Positions 27,638 through 38,400 of a DNA stretch of 64,000 bases are shown piece after piece. Made by a program: the position numbers and the translations under genes. Source of the DNA: Bacteroidia bacterium (GTDB lineage Bacteria > Bacteroidota > Bacteroidia > CAILMK01 > JBBDIG01). The notes beneath the pieces are model-generated. The model had not been told where the DNA came from, made no database searches, and saw nothing but the letters and a program-made list of their open reading frames with translations. Every line of letters begins with the position of its first letter. Position 1 is the first letter of the stretch. The stretch is from positions 1,402 through 65,401 of the forward strand of contig JBBDIG010000055.1 of NCBI GenBank assembly GCA_040880525.1, read 5' to 3'.

Positions 27638-28333
27638 ATGAAACGTATTTCATTCTTGATCCTGCTTTCTGCACTGGCGCTTGGTGCGTGCGATTCGGCA
27701 CCTAAGGAAAATGAAGAGGAGAAAATCACGGAAGCTGACCGGCCCAAAACGCGGCTGGATTCCCTAAAAGAACGGATGGGCGGCAACCTTGCAACAGGTA
27801 CAGAGGTTGACAAAGCCGCTGCTGCGTTCGGAGAAAAGGTTGCCATGGAGGCTGCCGGAATATTGCGCTCCAATCTGCAAGGAGCGATGGAGGAAGGTGG
27901 TGTGGAACAAGCGCTTGTTCATTGCTTTGAGGCGGCAGAAACGCTGCACCAGCCATTAGCGCAGAAATATGAGGCACAAATTTCACGCGTCAGCCATAAA
28001 CCCCGCAACCCGGATAACGAAGCGAGCGGCCATGAAAAGGAGCTGATCTCCATCCTACAGTCTCAACTGAAAACGGGAGAAGAAGTACCTGCATTAAAGG
28101 AGGAAACCGATGCCTTCACATATTATCATCCGATCATAACCCAGCAAATGTGCCTGAACTGCCACGGAGTGAAGGAGCAGGATATTGCTGAACTGGACCT
28201 GATGACCATTGAATTGATGTATCCGACTGACCGTGCAACCGGGTTTAAGGCAGGTGATATTCGTGGCCTTTGGAAAGTCCGGTTCAGCAAGAACCGTCTG
28301 CAACAGGAAATGAACAGCAAAGAAGCGATTTAA
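27638..28333 (+). CDS. DUF3365 (Tll0287-like) c-type heme lipoprotein
   Basis: Lipobox LGAC, RVSHKPRNPDN, CLNCH heme motif, YPTDRATGFKAGDIRG. Confidence 0.85.
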   Translation: MKRISFLILLSALALGACDSAPKENEEEKITEADRPKTRLDSLKERMGGNLATGTEVDKAAAAFGEKVAMEAAGILRSNLQGAMEEGGVEQALVHCFEAAETLHQPLAQKYEAQISRVSHKPRNPDNEASGHEKELISILQSQLKTGEEVPALKEETDAFTYYHPIITQQMCLNCHGVKEQDIAELDLMTIELMYPTDRATGFKAGDIRGLWKVRFSKNRLQQEMNSKEAI

Positions 28334-29838
28334 TGGGAATAAAAGGAGCAGCCGCGAAAGCACTTGCAGCCGTTTTTGCACGCGATATAAAGAGGTGGAG
28401 CAGTCATCCTTTGCAGACGCAGGAAGCGCAGTTCCGGAACTTGCTTTCTCAAAGCCGTGAAACCGCCTTTGCCAGGGAACACGGGCTGGCCAGGGTAAAA
28501 AGTTATGAGGATTTTAAGAAGCAGGTTCCCATTCGCGATTATGAAGGGCTCCGGCCTTTTATAGACAGGATCATTGAAGGCGAACGCGATGTGCTGTGGC
28601 CTGGGCGTCCTATCTATTTTGCCAAAACTTCAGGCACCACCTCCGGTGTGAAATATATTCCCATCACGAAAGATTCCATCAGCAACCACATTGATTCCGC
28701 AAGGAATGCTTTGCTGATGTATGCGCTGAAAACCGGCAACAGCAGTTTTTTTGACGGCAAAATGATTTTTCTTTCGGGCAGCCCAGTACTTGGTGAAACA
28801 GGCGGAATTAAAACCGGCCGGCTCAGTGGAATCGTGAATCATCATGTGCCGCAGGTGCTCAAAGGAAACCAGATGCCGGGTTACGAAACCAATTGTATTG
28901 AGGACTGGGAGCAGAAGCTGGACAGGATCGTGGAGGAAACCATGAAAGAGGATATGCGGCTCATCAGCGGTATTCCTCCCTGGATGCAAATGTATTTTGA
29001 CCGGCTGCAGGAGCGCACCGGAAAGAAAGTGGGTGAGCTGTTTCCAAACCTGCAATTGCTGGTACATGGCGGTGTAAACTTCCAGCCATACCGGGAAAGG
29101 ATGATGGAAAGCATGGGCAGAGAAACAGATACTATCGAGACCTTTCCTGCTTCAGAGGGGTTTATCGCTTTTCAGGATTCGCTGGATGAGAAGGGTTTGC
29201 TGCTTATTCTCAACAAAGGCATTTTCTTCGAATTCATTCCGGCAGAGGAATCGGGAAAGGAAAATCCTGAACGCGTAACGATCCGGGATGTGGAATTAAA
29301 TAAAAACTATGCACTGATCCTGAACACGAATGCCGGTCTTTGGGGCTATGATATTGGAGATACGGTAAAATTTACCAGCAAAGATCCCTACCGTCTGGTG
29401 GTATCGGGCCGCACCAAGCATTTCATCTCAGCGTTTGGTGAGCACGTAATTGCAGAGGAGGTGGAAAGTGTGCTTGCCGAAGCCGCCAGGGAAATGGGCG
29501 CGCTGGTCAATGAATTCACGGTTGCTCCGCAAATTACTCCCCCGGATGAGAGCAGTCCTTACCACGAATGGTTTATAGAATTTGAGAAAGAACCGGAGAA
29601 TCTCCTGGATTTCCGGTTGCTGCTTGATAATAAGTTGAGGCAAAAAAACATCTACTATGACGACCTCGTCCGCGGCCATATCCTTCAGCCGCTTATGATC
29701 AGGCGGGTGCAACGTCAGGGATTTTCCCAATACATGGCAAGTCTTGGCAGGCTCGGTGGCCAGAATAAACCCCCCCGCCTCGGCAATGACCGTAGTTTTG
29801 CAAAAGGTTTAGAGAACTGGCTGGAGAATGAAAAATGA
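28333..29838 (+). CDS. GH3 auxin-responsive-promoter family protein (acyl-adenylate-forming)
   Basis: FAKTSGTTSG, FPASEGF, GLWGYDIGD, GQNKPPRL; start overlaps the upstream stop (TAATG). Confidence 0.9.
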   Translation: MGIKGAAAKALAAVFARDIKRWSSHPLQTQEAQFRNLLSQSRETAFAREHGLARVKSYEDFKKQVPIRDYEGLRPFIDRIIEGERDVLWPGRPIYFAKTSGTTSGVKYIPITKDSISNHIDSARNALLMYALKTGNSSFFDGKMIFLSGSPVLGETGGIKTGRLSGIVNHHVPQVLKGNQMPGYETNCIEDWEQKLDRIVEETMKEDMRLISGIPPWMQMYFDRLQERTGKKVGELFPNLQLLVHGGVNFQPYRERMMESMGRETDTIETFPASEGFIAFQDSLDEKGLLLILNKGIFFEFIPAEESGKENPERVTIRDVELNKNYALILNTNAGLWGYDIGDTVKFTSKDPYRLVVSGRTKHFISAFGEHVIAEEVESVLAEAAREMGALVNEFTVAPQITPPDESSPYHEWFIEFEKEPENLLDFRLLLDNKLRQKNIYYDDLVRGHILQPLMIRRVQRQGFSQYMASLGRLGGQNKPPRLGNDRSFAKGLENWLENEK

Positions 29839-30114
29839 ACTGGGAAGGACGGAGTTGTAAGTTCAGTAACAGTTTAATTTTCAATAGGAAAGAATTTGAA
29901 CGGAAGAGAAATCAAAATTAGTAATCTGAAATTTTAGAATATAGGCAGGTAAGAAATTATTGGATTATTTTTAAACTTATTTCCTGATTACCGGTTTTTC
30001 AGAACACATATTTTCGAAATATATAATTATAGATACGTAAGAAATCTACCAATCGCGGTTTGCCCCGGCTTTTATCCCTGATACTTTTGAGCCAACATTA
30101 AAAAACATATTATC

Positions 30115-31368
30115 ATGACACATTTACACATCAGACGATTTTCTTTTAAAATGATTCTGCTGTTAGCAGCCGGATTCTTTTTTACCTTGAACGGATCAAA
30201 AGCGCAGGCTTGCGAGGCGGACTTTGATTTTAACCAGTATGGCAATCAGGTACACTTCGCGAACAAATCCTCCGGCTTTTACTCTACTTATTTCTGGGAT
30301 TTTGGCGATGGCAACACATCCACAAGCAATGCCCCAGGCCATTCTTACGCGGCTGCAGGAACGTATAGCGTTAGCCTTTTCCTCCGGGATTCACTCGGAT
30401 GCACCGATTCGCTTATAAAGCAGGTGGTGATTCCTGCCATGCCGGATCATATCCTCGGCACGGTTTACTTTATAGATCAGGGCCAGACCAATATTGATCA
30501 TGGCGTTGCCTATCTCATCCAGTTTGACAGCACGCAGAATACGCTGACCGCAGTTGACACGGTAGCCATTGATTCCAACAGCATGTTTTATTTCGATAAT
30601 ATCGCCCCTGGCGAATACCTGATAAAAGCTGCGCTGACAAGCCAGTCAAGCCATTACAATGATTACATGCCCACTTATATGGATACGAGCCTGTTTTGGA
30701 ATATGGCTTATTCTATAGAAATCGGGAATAACTGGTTTACGGATGCTTTTGTATACCTGCTGAAGGGAACCAATCCCGGAGGGCCTGGGTTTATTGGTGG
30801 AAATGTTACTCAAGGCGCAAATAAAAAAGCCGGACCTGGCGATCCTCTTGAAGGTGTATCGGTACTTCTGCTGGATATGAATAACAAAGCCATCACATCT
30901 ACCTGGACTGATGCCACCGGAAAATTCGAGTTCGATAATATTCCTTTAATGAGCTATAAAGTATGGCCCGAAATTCCTGGTAAAACCACGGATCCTATGA
31001 TTGTGGATCTGAGCCAGGATAATGAAGAAGAAACCGGATTGGAAATATTTGTGAACACTACTACGGTAACAGGAATATTCAAAAGCCACCTGGCGTATGA
31101 GCCGCAGGTTTTGGATATTTATCCTAATCCATCAAACGGAATAATTAATATCAATCACAAAAGTGCCGAAGGAGGAAACTTGCAAATCCGCTTGCTGAAT
31201 AGTGTTGGGCAGGTAGTATTGCTACGGGGACTGAATGCACAACCAGCATCCGTGCAATCCCTCACCCTGGATGCAACTGCGTTGCCCCGGGGATTTTATT
31301 ATGTCGAAGTGTTAAAATCCACCAGCGGCAACAGTGCATCCTATGTTCAGAAGATTGTGATTGAATAG
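30115..31368 (+). CDS. PKD-domain T9SS type A substrate
   Basis: WDFGDGNTS PKD motif, GFIGGNV...PLEGVSVLL Cna-B-like domain, IYPNPSNG CTD. Confidence 0.85.
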   Translation: MTHLHIRRFSFKMILLLAAGFFFTLNGSKAQACEADFDFNQYGNQVHFANKSSGFYSTYFWDFGDGNTSTSNAPGHSYAAAGTYSVSLFLRDSLGCTDSLIKQVVIPAMPDHILGTVYFIDQGQTNIDHGVAYLIQFDSTQNTLTAVDTVAIDSNSMFYFDNIAPGEYLIKAALTSQSSHYNDYMPTYMDTSLFWNMAYSIEIGNNWFTDAFVYLLKGTNPGGPGFIGGNVTQGANKKAGPGDPLEGVSVLLLDMNNKAITSTWTDATGKFEFDNIPLMSYKVWPEIPGKTTDPMIVDLSQDNEEETGLEIFVNTTTVTGIFKSHLAYEPQVLDIYPNPSNGIININHKSAEGGNLQIRLLNSVGQVVLLRGLNAQPASVQSLTLDATALPRGFYYVEVLKSTSGNSASYVQKIVIE

Positions 31369-31394
31369 ACCCCACTTTTCTCCTTTGCACTTAG

Positions 31395-31429
31395 AAGAGG
31401 CGGCCTTTGCAGGCTGCCTCTTTTGTTTT
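31395..31429 (+). terminator. Intrinsic terminator
   Basis: AAGAGGCGGCCT-ttgc-AGGCTGCCTCTT followed by a T tract. Confidence 0.85.
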
Positions 31430-31596
31430 GCATGCACCGAAGATAGCCAAATGGTTTAAATATTATAACAAGACTAAATTTTTATAAAACTAAAAATGCG
31501 ATAAAAGTCAGGATAAAAATTCACCCATTCTCCTCACCCTGCCCGAGGCATTAACATTGCCTGCTACCGCTGGCTTCTCAAGATTTAATATTGATC

Positions 31597-32271
31597 ATGA
31601 AATATACCCGGTTCTTATTGTTCCTTTTCCTTCTTTTCTTTACCGGCACAAGTGCTGTCATCAATGCCCAGAACAGCAGTGTAAGCATAGCCCGGCTTCA
31701 GTATAGTGGCGGGGGGGACTGGTATGCAAACCCTACCTCATTGCCGAATCTTATCAGTTTTTGCAATGAAAATCTTGGTACCGGCATAGCACCTCGTGAA
31801 GTTACAGTGGAAGCCGGAAACCGGGACATTTTCAATTACCCGTTTATTCATATGACCGGCCATGGAAATGTGGTTTTTTCTGATGCCGAAGCCGAGAACC
31901 TGCGGAATTACCTCACTGGTGGTGGATTCCTGCACATTGACGATAATTATGGTATGGATGTTTTTATCCGAACGGAATTGAAGAAGGTATTTCCGAACCA
32001 TGAACTCATTGAACTCCCTTCCAATCATCCTGTTTTTCATCAGAAATATACCTTTCAAAACGGATTACCAAAGATTCACCAGCATGATGAAAAACCTGCC
32101 CAGGCTTTCGGTATCATCCATGAGGGAAGGCTGGTGTTGCTATACTCCTATCAGTCAGATCTAGGGGATGGCTGGGAAGATCCTGATGTGCATGACGATC
32201 CTGAAGAGGTAAGGCAAAAAGCGCTGCAAATGGGGGCCAATATTGTCAGCTATGTTTTTATGGGTGAATGA
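31597..32271 (+). CDS. DUF4159 domain protein
   Basis: YSGGGDWYANP, HMTGHG, GGFLHIDDNYG, DLGDGWED. Confidence 0.9.
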   Translation: MKYTRFLLFLFLLFFTGTSAVINAQNSSVSIARLQYSGGGDWYANPTSLPNLISFCNENLGTGIAPREVTVEAGNRDIFNYPFIHMTGHGNVVFSDAEAENLRNYLTGGGFLHIDDNYGMDVFIRTELKKVFPNHELIELPSNHPVFHQKYTFQNGLPKIHQHDEKPAQAFGIIHEGRLVLLYSYQSDLGDGWEDPDVHDDPEEVRQKALQMGANIVSYVFMGE

Positions 32272-32442
32272 GCAAGTAATATTCCTGCCCATTCTGTCGT
32301 CTTTCTGGATTTAGCAAGCTCTAAATTGCGAACCTTTCCGGATCCCTTCGGAATTATTATTAAAATTGATTGTTGATAATGTTGCGGTTTAACACATCCT
32401 GGCCTTATTAATCTTCTAATTTGAGATTCACGATCACGGCCA

Positions 32443-35400
32443 ATGAAATATATTTTCTCATTTATTCTTTTAATTATTCTGCTTAGTACGGCAACAACCG
32501 GTTATGCCACTCACCTGAAGGGAGGTGATCTCACCTACCGCCATCTCAGTGGAAACACTTATGAGATCAAATTCCTCGTTTACCGTGATTGCGTTGGAAG
32601 CACGGCTCCCTTAGACGACAGCATCGCTTACCGGATTTTTGCGGCATCAAATACCAGCAGTTTTAGCAGCAGATATGTTCTGCTCAGCAACAGCAGCTTT
32701 GTAGATGCGGAAATTCCAAATTGCGCGAACCCCACTGGCATCTGCATCGAAAAAGGAGAATATATAGATACCATTCAGTTGGGCAACGATTCGCAGGGAT
32801 ACCATATTTCTTACATGCGTAATGAGCGAAATGAGAATATAACCAACCTGAGGCGATGCGTGAATACTACTAATAATAGCAACTGCACAGGTTCCTGTTT
32901 TCTATTTCCTAAATATCCTTTTGGAATGGTATGGTATGCATTTGTGCCACCCCGCTCATTTCGGAATTCCTCCCCCCAATTTCTTACGGTTCCGATTCCC
33001 TATATATGCGTAAATAAACGAAGTACTTTTAACAACAATGTGTATGATCCGGATGGTGATTCACTGGTGTTTTCAATTGATACGCCTTATTCCCCTCCGG
33101 CTTGTGGAATTGCAGCTCCTACCCCCACGGTTCCTCCTTTCAGCCAGGTAGTATATCAGTCTGGTTATTCTGCACCCAAGACTTTTGGCGCAGCCACGCC
33201 AGATGTTACTATAAATCCTATTACCGGTGACATTACCGCTGAACCCAACGCCAGCGGGAACTATGTTTTGGCTGTTACGGTAAAAGAATACCGGGTAGAT
33301 CCCATCACAAAGGCCGTTACATACCTTGGCGAAATCAGAAGGGATCTGCAGTTTATAACCGGAGTTTGCCCCTCCAATGCTCCGCCCAATTTTGTAGCCG
33401 ATACGCAGGGCTACTCCCGCAGGCTCGATCCGGGAGATACCATCTGTTTTACGGTTTCCGGAAAAGATACTACACCCACTTCTACCGGAAGCGATACGGT
33501 TTATCTGTCTGCAGTTGGCGGTATTATGGGTTCGCCCGGTTCGCTGATCCCACCCCCACACGCCTACTTCCCTGATACATTAGACTCGTTCGAGGTTTCG
33601 CAGCAATTCTGCTGGACTCCAACCTGCGACCACATTACCTATTCCTCGCCCCATGTTGTCAACTTCAACCTGTCTGACCAGGGATGCAACCAGGTGCAGA
33701 AGGCTTACAGCATTTATGTGACGCCCCCGCCAATTCTGAAGCCACCAAGACTAAAATGCGTCAACAGCCTTACGGCCAGCACCATTCAGCTTAACTGGGA
33801 TACGGTGGGAAGCGATACGGCATTTGTGCGGTACAACATTTACCGCAGGCCAGGATCCAGCGGCTCCTTCTACATGGTGGAATCGATTTATAGCCATCTT
33901 ACCACAACCTGGACCGACTTCGGAATTACGGATGCGCTCAGCCAACAATATGAATACCTTATCAAATCCTCAAACCTCTGCGAAACTGAAGGTTTGCCAT
34001 CCGACACGCTTGGCACCTTAATTCTTTCAGTATCTAAAATAAATGCAACGCAGTCGCTGCTAAGCTGGACGAGCGTGCAAAGCAACTTTGGCAATTACAC
34101 TATAATGCAGGATACCGGAAATGGCTATACTGCTATTGATTCTACCTCAGACACTTCCTATTTGCTCTCCAACTGCAACCTTGAAGCAGAATACCGGATC
34201 AGGGCAAGAGATTCATCCTTCAGTTGCGACATGCTATCGAATGCTGTGGCAGCCGAAATGGCGGATTCTGTTGCGCCTGCGATTCCGGAGCTCCGGGTGG
34301 CAAGCACAGTGGCTGCCGATACCATAAACCTTACATTCACCCCATCTCCCGATGCAGATGCCAGACTGCTCATTTTTGCTTCGGTAAATGGAGGTGTTTT
34401 TTCTGCGGTGGATACGCTTGACATCACTTCTTTCTCAAAGCAGGTTTATCAGCACGTTCCGGTTTCTGCTACGACTGATCGCTACTGTTATTATATCCAA
34501 AGCCTTGATAGTTGCGGCAATTTCAGTTTGCCTTCTGATACGCATTGCGTGGTGCAACTGGAGGGTGCGGGCGGCCAAAGACGAGCGCATCTCAACTGGC
34601 ATCCTTACAGCGGATTTCCGGTAGCTGCTTACATCCTGGAACGGTGGGACGGCAGCACATGGCGGCAGCGTGATTCTTTAACTGCTTCAGATACTTCATT
34701 CAATGATCTGCTGGGCGCCCGCTGCAACGTGCCGCTTTTTTACAGGATCAAAGCCTTGCTCAATCGTGCTACTGACAGCATCAGCTACAGCGACACAATC
34801 AGGGTTACACCCTTTGACACCGTGCCACCGGCCATACCTAAAATGCATCGCGTAACCGTAGAGGCAAATTCCGCGATCCATGTAGAATTCCTGAGAGTGG
34901 CGGATAATGATGTGAAAGAATATGAGATTTTTTATTCGCAGGATGGCAGCACATTTCTTTCTGCCGGCTTGCATCCGCGCCAAACAAACGATACCCAGGT
35001 TTTTGTGCATTCGGGAATAGATCCCGGTAGCCATCGTTTCTGCTATTATGTGCAGGCTCTTGATTCCTGTGGGCCAAATTATTCTGCTCCATCAGAGACG
35101 CTTTGTGCTATGGAATTGCAGGGACAGGCAGGCAACCAGTCGAACCACATTCAATGGCATCCGTATGTTGGATTCAACATAGATGATTACGATCTGGAAC
35201 GGTGGAATGGCAGCACCTGGATCAGCATTGCCAGCATTCCACCCACTGATACGCACTTTGTGGATACTCCACTGCCTTGCTATATAGAGCAGCGCTACCG
35301 AGTAAGAGCAAACGAGCTGGGCGCAAATACTTTTTCCTATTCTGATACACTGTATCTGACGCCATTCGATACGATTGCGCCCGCTGCACCTGAAATGAGA

Positions 35401-38400
35401 TCTGTGAGTGTGCGGAACAACCAGGTAATTGATCTCACCTGGAATCATAGCAATTCGCCTGATATTGATCGCTATATTGTTTACAGGATGCCTGCTGGTG
35501 GAAGCTTTTCCATTCATGACACGGTGGGATTGGTGAGCAGCTATATTGATACACCTTCATCCGTGATAAATGGTAGTTGGTGCTATGCCGTAGCAGCACT
35601 GGATTCATGTTCTGATAATATAAGTGATCTTTCTGATTCGCACTGTTCCGTGGTTTTGCAGACGGACACGCTGGGCTGCGAGCAAAAGGTTGTGCTGACC
35701 TGGAACCATTACGTTGGCTGGAGTGCAGGCGTTTCGAATTATGAAATATTAAGAAGCAAAGATGGTGGCAGTGAAACCCTGCTTGCAACCGTAAATAGCA
35801 CCACAACCACATTTACAGATACGCCTGCACATTATCCATCCCGATATTGCTACAGGATAAAGGCAACAGAAACCGGATCCGGAGGGGAATTTTCATTTTC
35901 CAACCAATCATGTGAGTCGCCCTTTGAAGCCGATGTTCCGCACACCATAATGGTCACAAAAACGGTGACCAGTACGAGCACAGGAGAAATTGAGATTAAC
36001 TGGGAACCGCAAGCCATTGCAGAGAAAATTGAATTTCAGCGGCTCTATTACAGCACTACCGGAACCCTGCCTTTTGCAATTCTTAAAGACAGCATCCCGA
36101 TTTCGCAGACTTCTTTTTTACATGAAAATTTAAATACAAAAACAGGTGAACATTATTATTACCTGGTGAATGTGGATAGTTGTGAAAATGAAAGTGACAG
36201 CAGTGAGATTCATAAAACGATGGATCTCGATTTCGCGATCGGGCAATTGGAGCACGACCTGAACTGGACGCCCTACGAAGGTTGGAACGTCAGCCAATAT
36301 TATATCCAGCAATTGCTTTCCGGTACTTTTCAAACTGTGGACTCGGTAAACGGAAATATCACCACATGGCATAAATTTCCTGCGCCCTGCAACCTCAAGA
36401 TCACCTACCGGGTGCTGGCAACAGATGGCGCTGGCGCTTTCAGCCTGAGCGACACGGTGGAGAATCAGGCTATAGACACCATTCCTTCTGACGCCCCGAA
36501 GATTACCAATGTTTCGGTTTTAAATGGAAACGTAATTCAACTGGATTTTGACGGATCCGATTCGCTTGACAATTATCTTTACGACATCCGCAGAAGTACG
36601 AATGGCGGGCCTTTCCAAAATATAGGTGTGGTAAATTTCACGTTTCCAAATGATCAGCATAGCTACTTCGATACTACCAATACCCTCACTGATCGCTACT
36701 GCTATCAGGTAACAATCCTCGATTCCTGCCTCAATTCAACTGCATCCAATATTTTCTGTCCGGTTCAGTTGCAGGGACAGGACGAGAACCTCGCTACCCG
36801 GCTGGATTGGTTTCCCTTTTTCGGTTACCCCAGCTTCAATTATTATGTATTGCATTTTAATGGAAATGCCTACGACACACTTGCCATACTTCCGCAAGGC
36901 GATACCACTTACCGCCACCAGCCGCTGCCCTGCAATAATCTGCACCACTACAAAATCCTGACAAAGGAAACAGGTGGCTCGCGCTTCAGCTTTTCTGACA
37001 GCATCGCACTCATACCATTCGATACGATAAAACCGGCCGCCCCTGCTGTGAAATTCGCTACAGTCATAAGCAGTTCTTCAGTTGAACTGCAATGGGCACA
37101 AAGCGATGCAGACGTGCGGCTCTATGATGTTTTTATCAAATCAGAAAACACGCCCTGGCAATTTTATGCCTCAGTACCAGATGATACAGTATTGACGCTG
37201 ACAGGGCTGAACACGCTGGATTCCATTTACTATTTCCGGGTGATCGCCATTGATAGCTGCGGCCCCAACCGGTCTGACAGCAGCGAAATCCATCGCACCA
37301 TCCAGCTTCAGGGTGTTGCCGGTAATCTCGAAACCCGGCTGAACTGGAGTGCTTACACCGGGTTCTCCGGCATTTCTAAATATTACATTTATCGCTATGA
37401 AAACTTGAACTGGCAATTGCTGGATTCTGTCGCTTCGTCATCTTTGCTTTATACGGATGATTCATTGCCTTGCAATCGAACCCAGTATTATCGCATCACT
37501 GCCCAAGAGGCCGGCAGCCCTTACTTCAGCATTTCTGACAGTATTGCGCTCACCCCATTTGACACCGTTGGGCCTGATGTGCCCAATGTGCGGAAAGCGT
37601 CTGTTTTGCCATCAAATGAGGTGGAGGTGGTATTTGATACATCGCAGGTTACGGATGTGGATTGGTACCTCATATATGTTTCCACCAATGGCGGATCGTT
37701 TGTGCTGCATGATTCGGTTTCCCACCAACTGGCAAATCCCCTTCAATACTTGCATACAGGCGCAGATGGCAGCGCCAATAACTACTGCTATTATCTGATT
37801 GCAGCCGATAGTTGCGCCAGAAACCTTTCCCTTCTTACTGATACGCATTGCACGGTAATGCTTACCGGCCAGCCCCGCCAATTGCGGTCAGAGCTCAACT
37901 GGAATTCCTATACCGGCTTTTCAAACCCTGATTATGTTGTGCAGCGCCAGGATGGTACAGTCTGGATTGACCTTGCCACAAATCCCGGATCCGGATTCAC
38001 TGATTCATTGGTAGCCTGCAACGTGCCTTATACCTATCGTATTGCCATTATAAATGGAAACGATACCGCATTTTCCAACTATGAAACAGTAACGCCTTTC
38101 GATACGATTCCTCCCGGTGTACCTGGCCTTCGCTATGTCACTGTTCAGCCGGATCATTCTGTGAAGCTGGAATGGGATTATGACCCGGATTCAGATGTGA
38201 AGTTCTTTGACATCTTCCGTAGCATCAATGGCGGTACTTTCAGTTTAATTAATACGGTGGAATATGATTCCGTATTGGTGGATTCACCATTGACAGCGCA
38301 AACAAACGTTTACCGATACTATGTGGTCGCGATAGATAGTTGCAATGCGGCTAACCGTTCTGCCCCATCTGACACCGATAATACCATGCTTGCAACGCTC

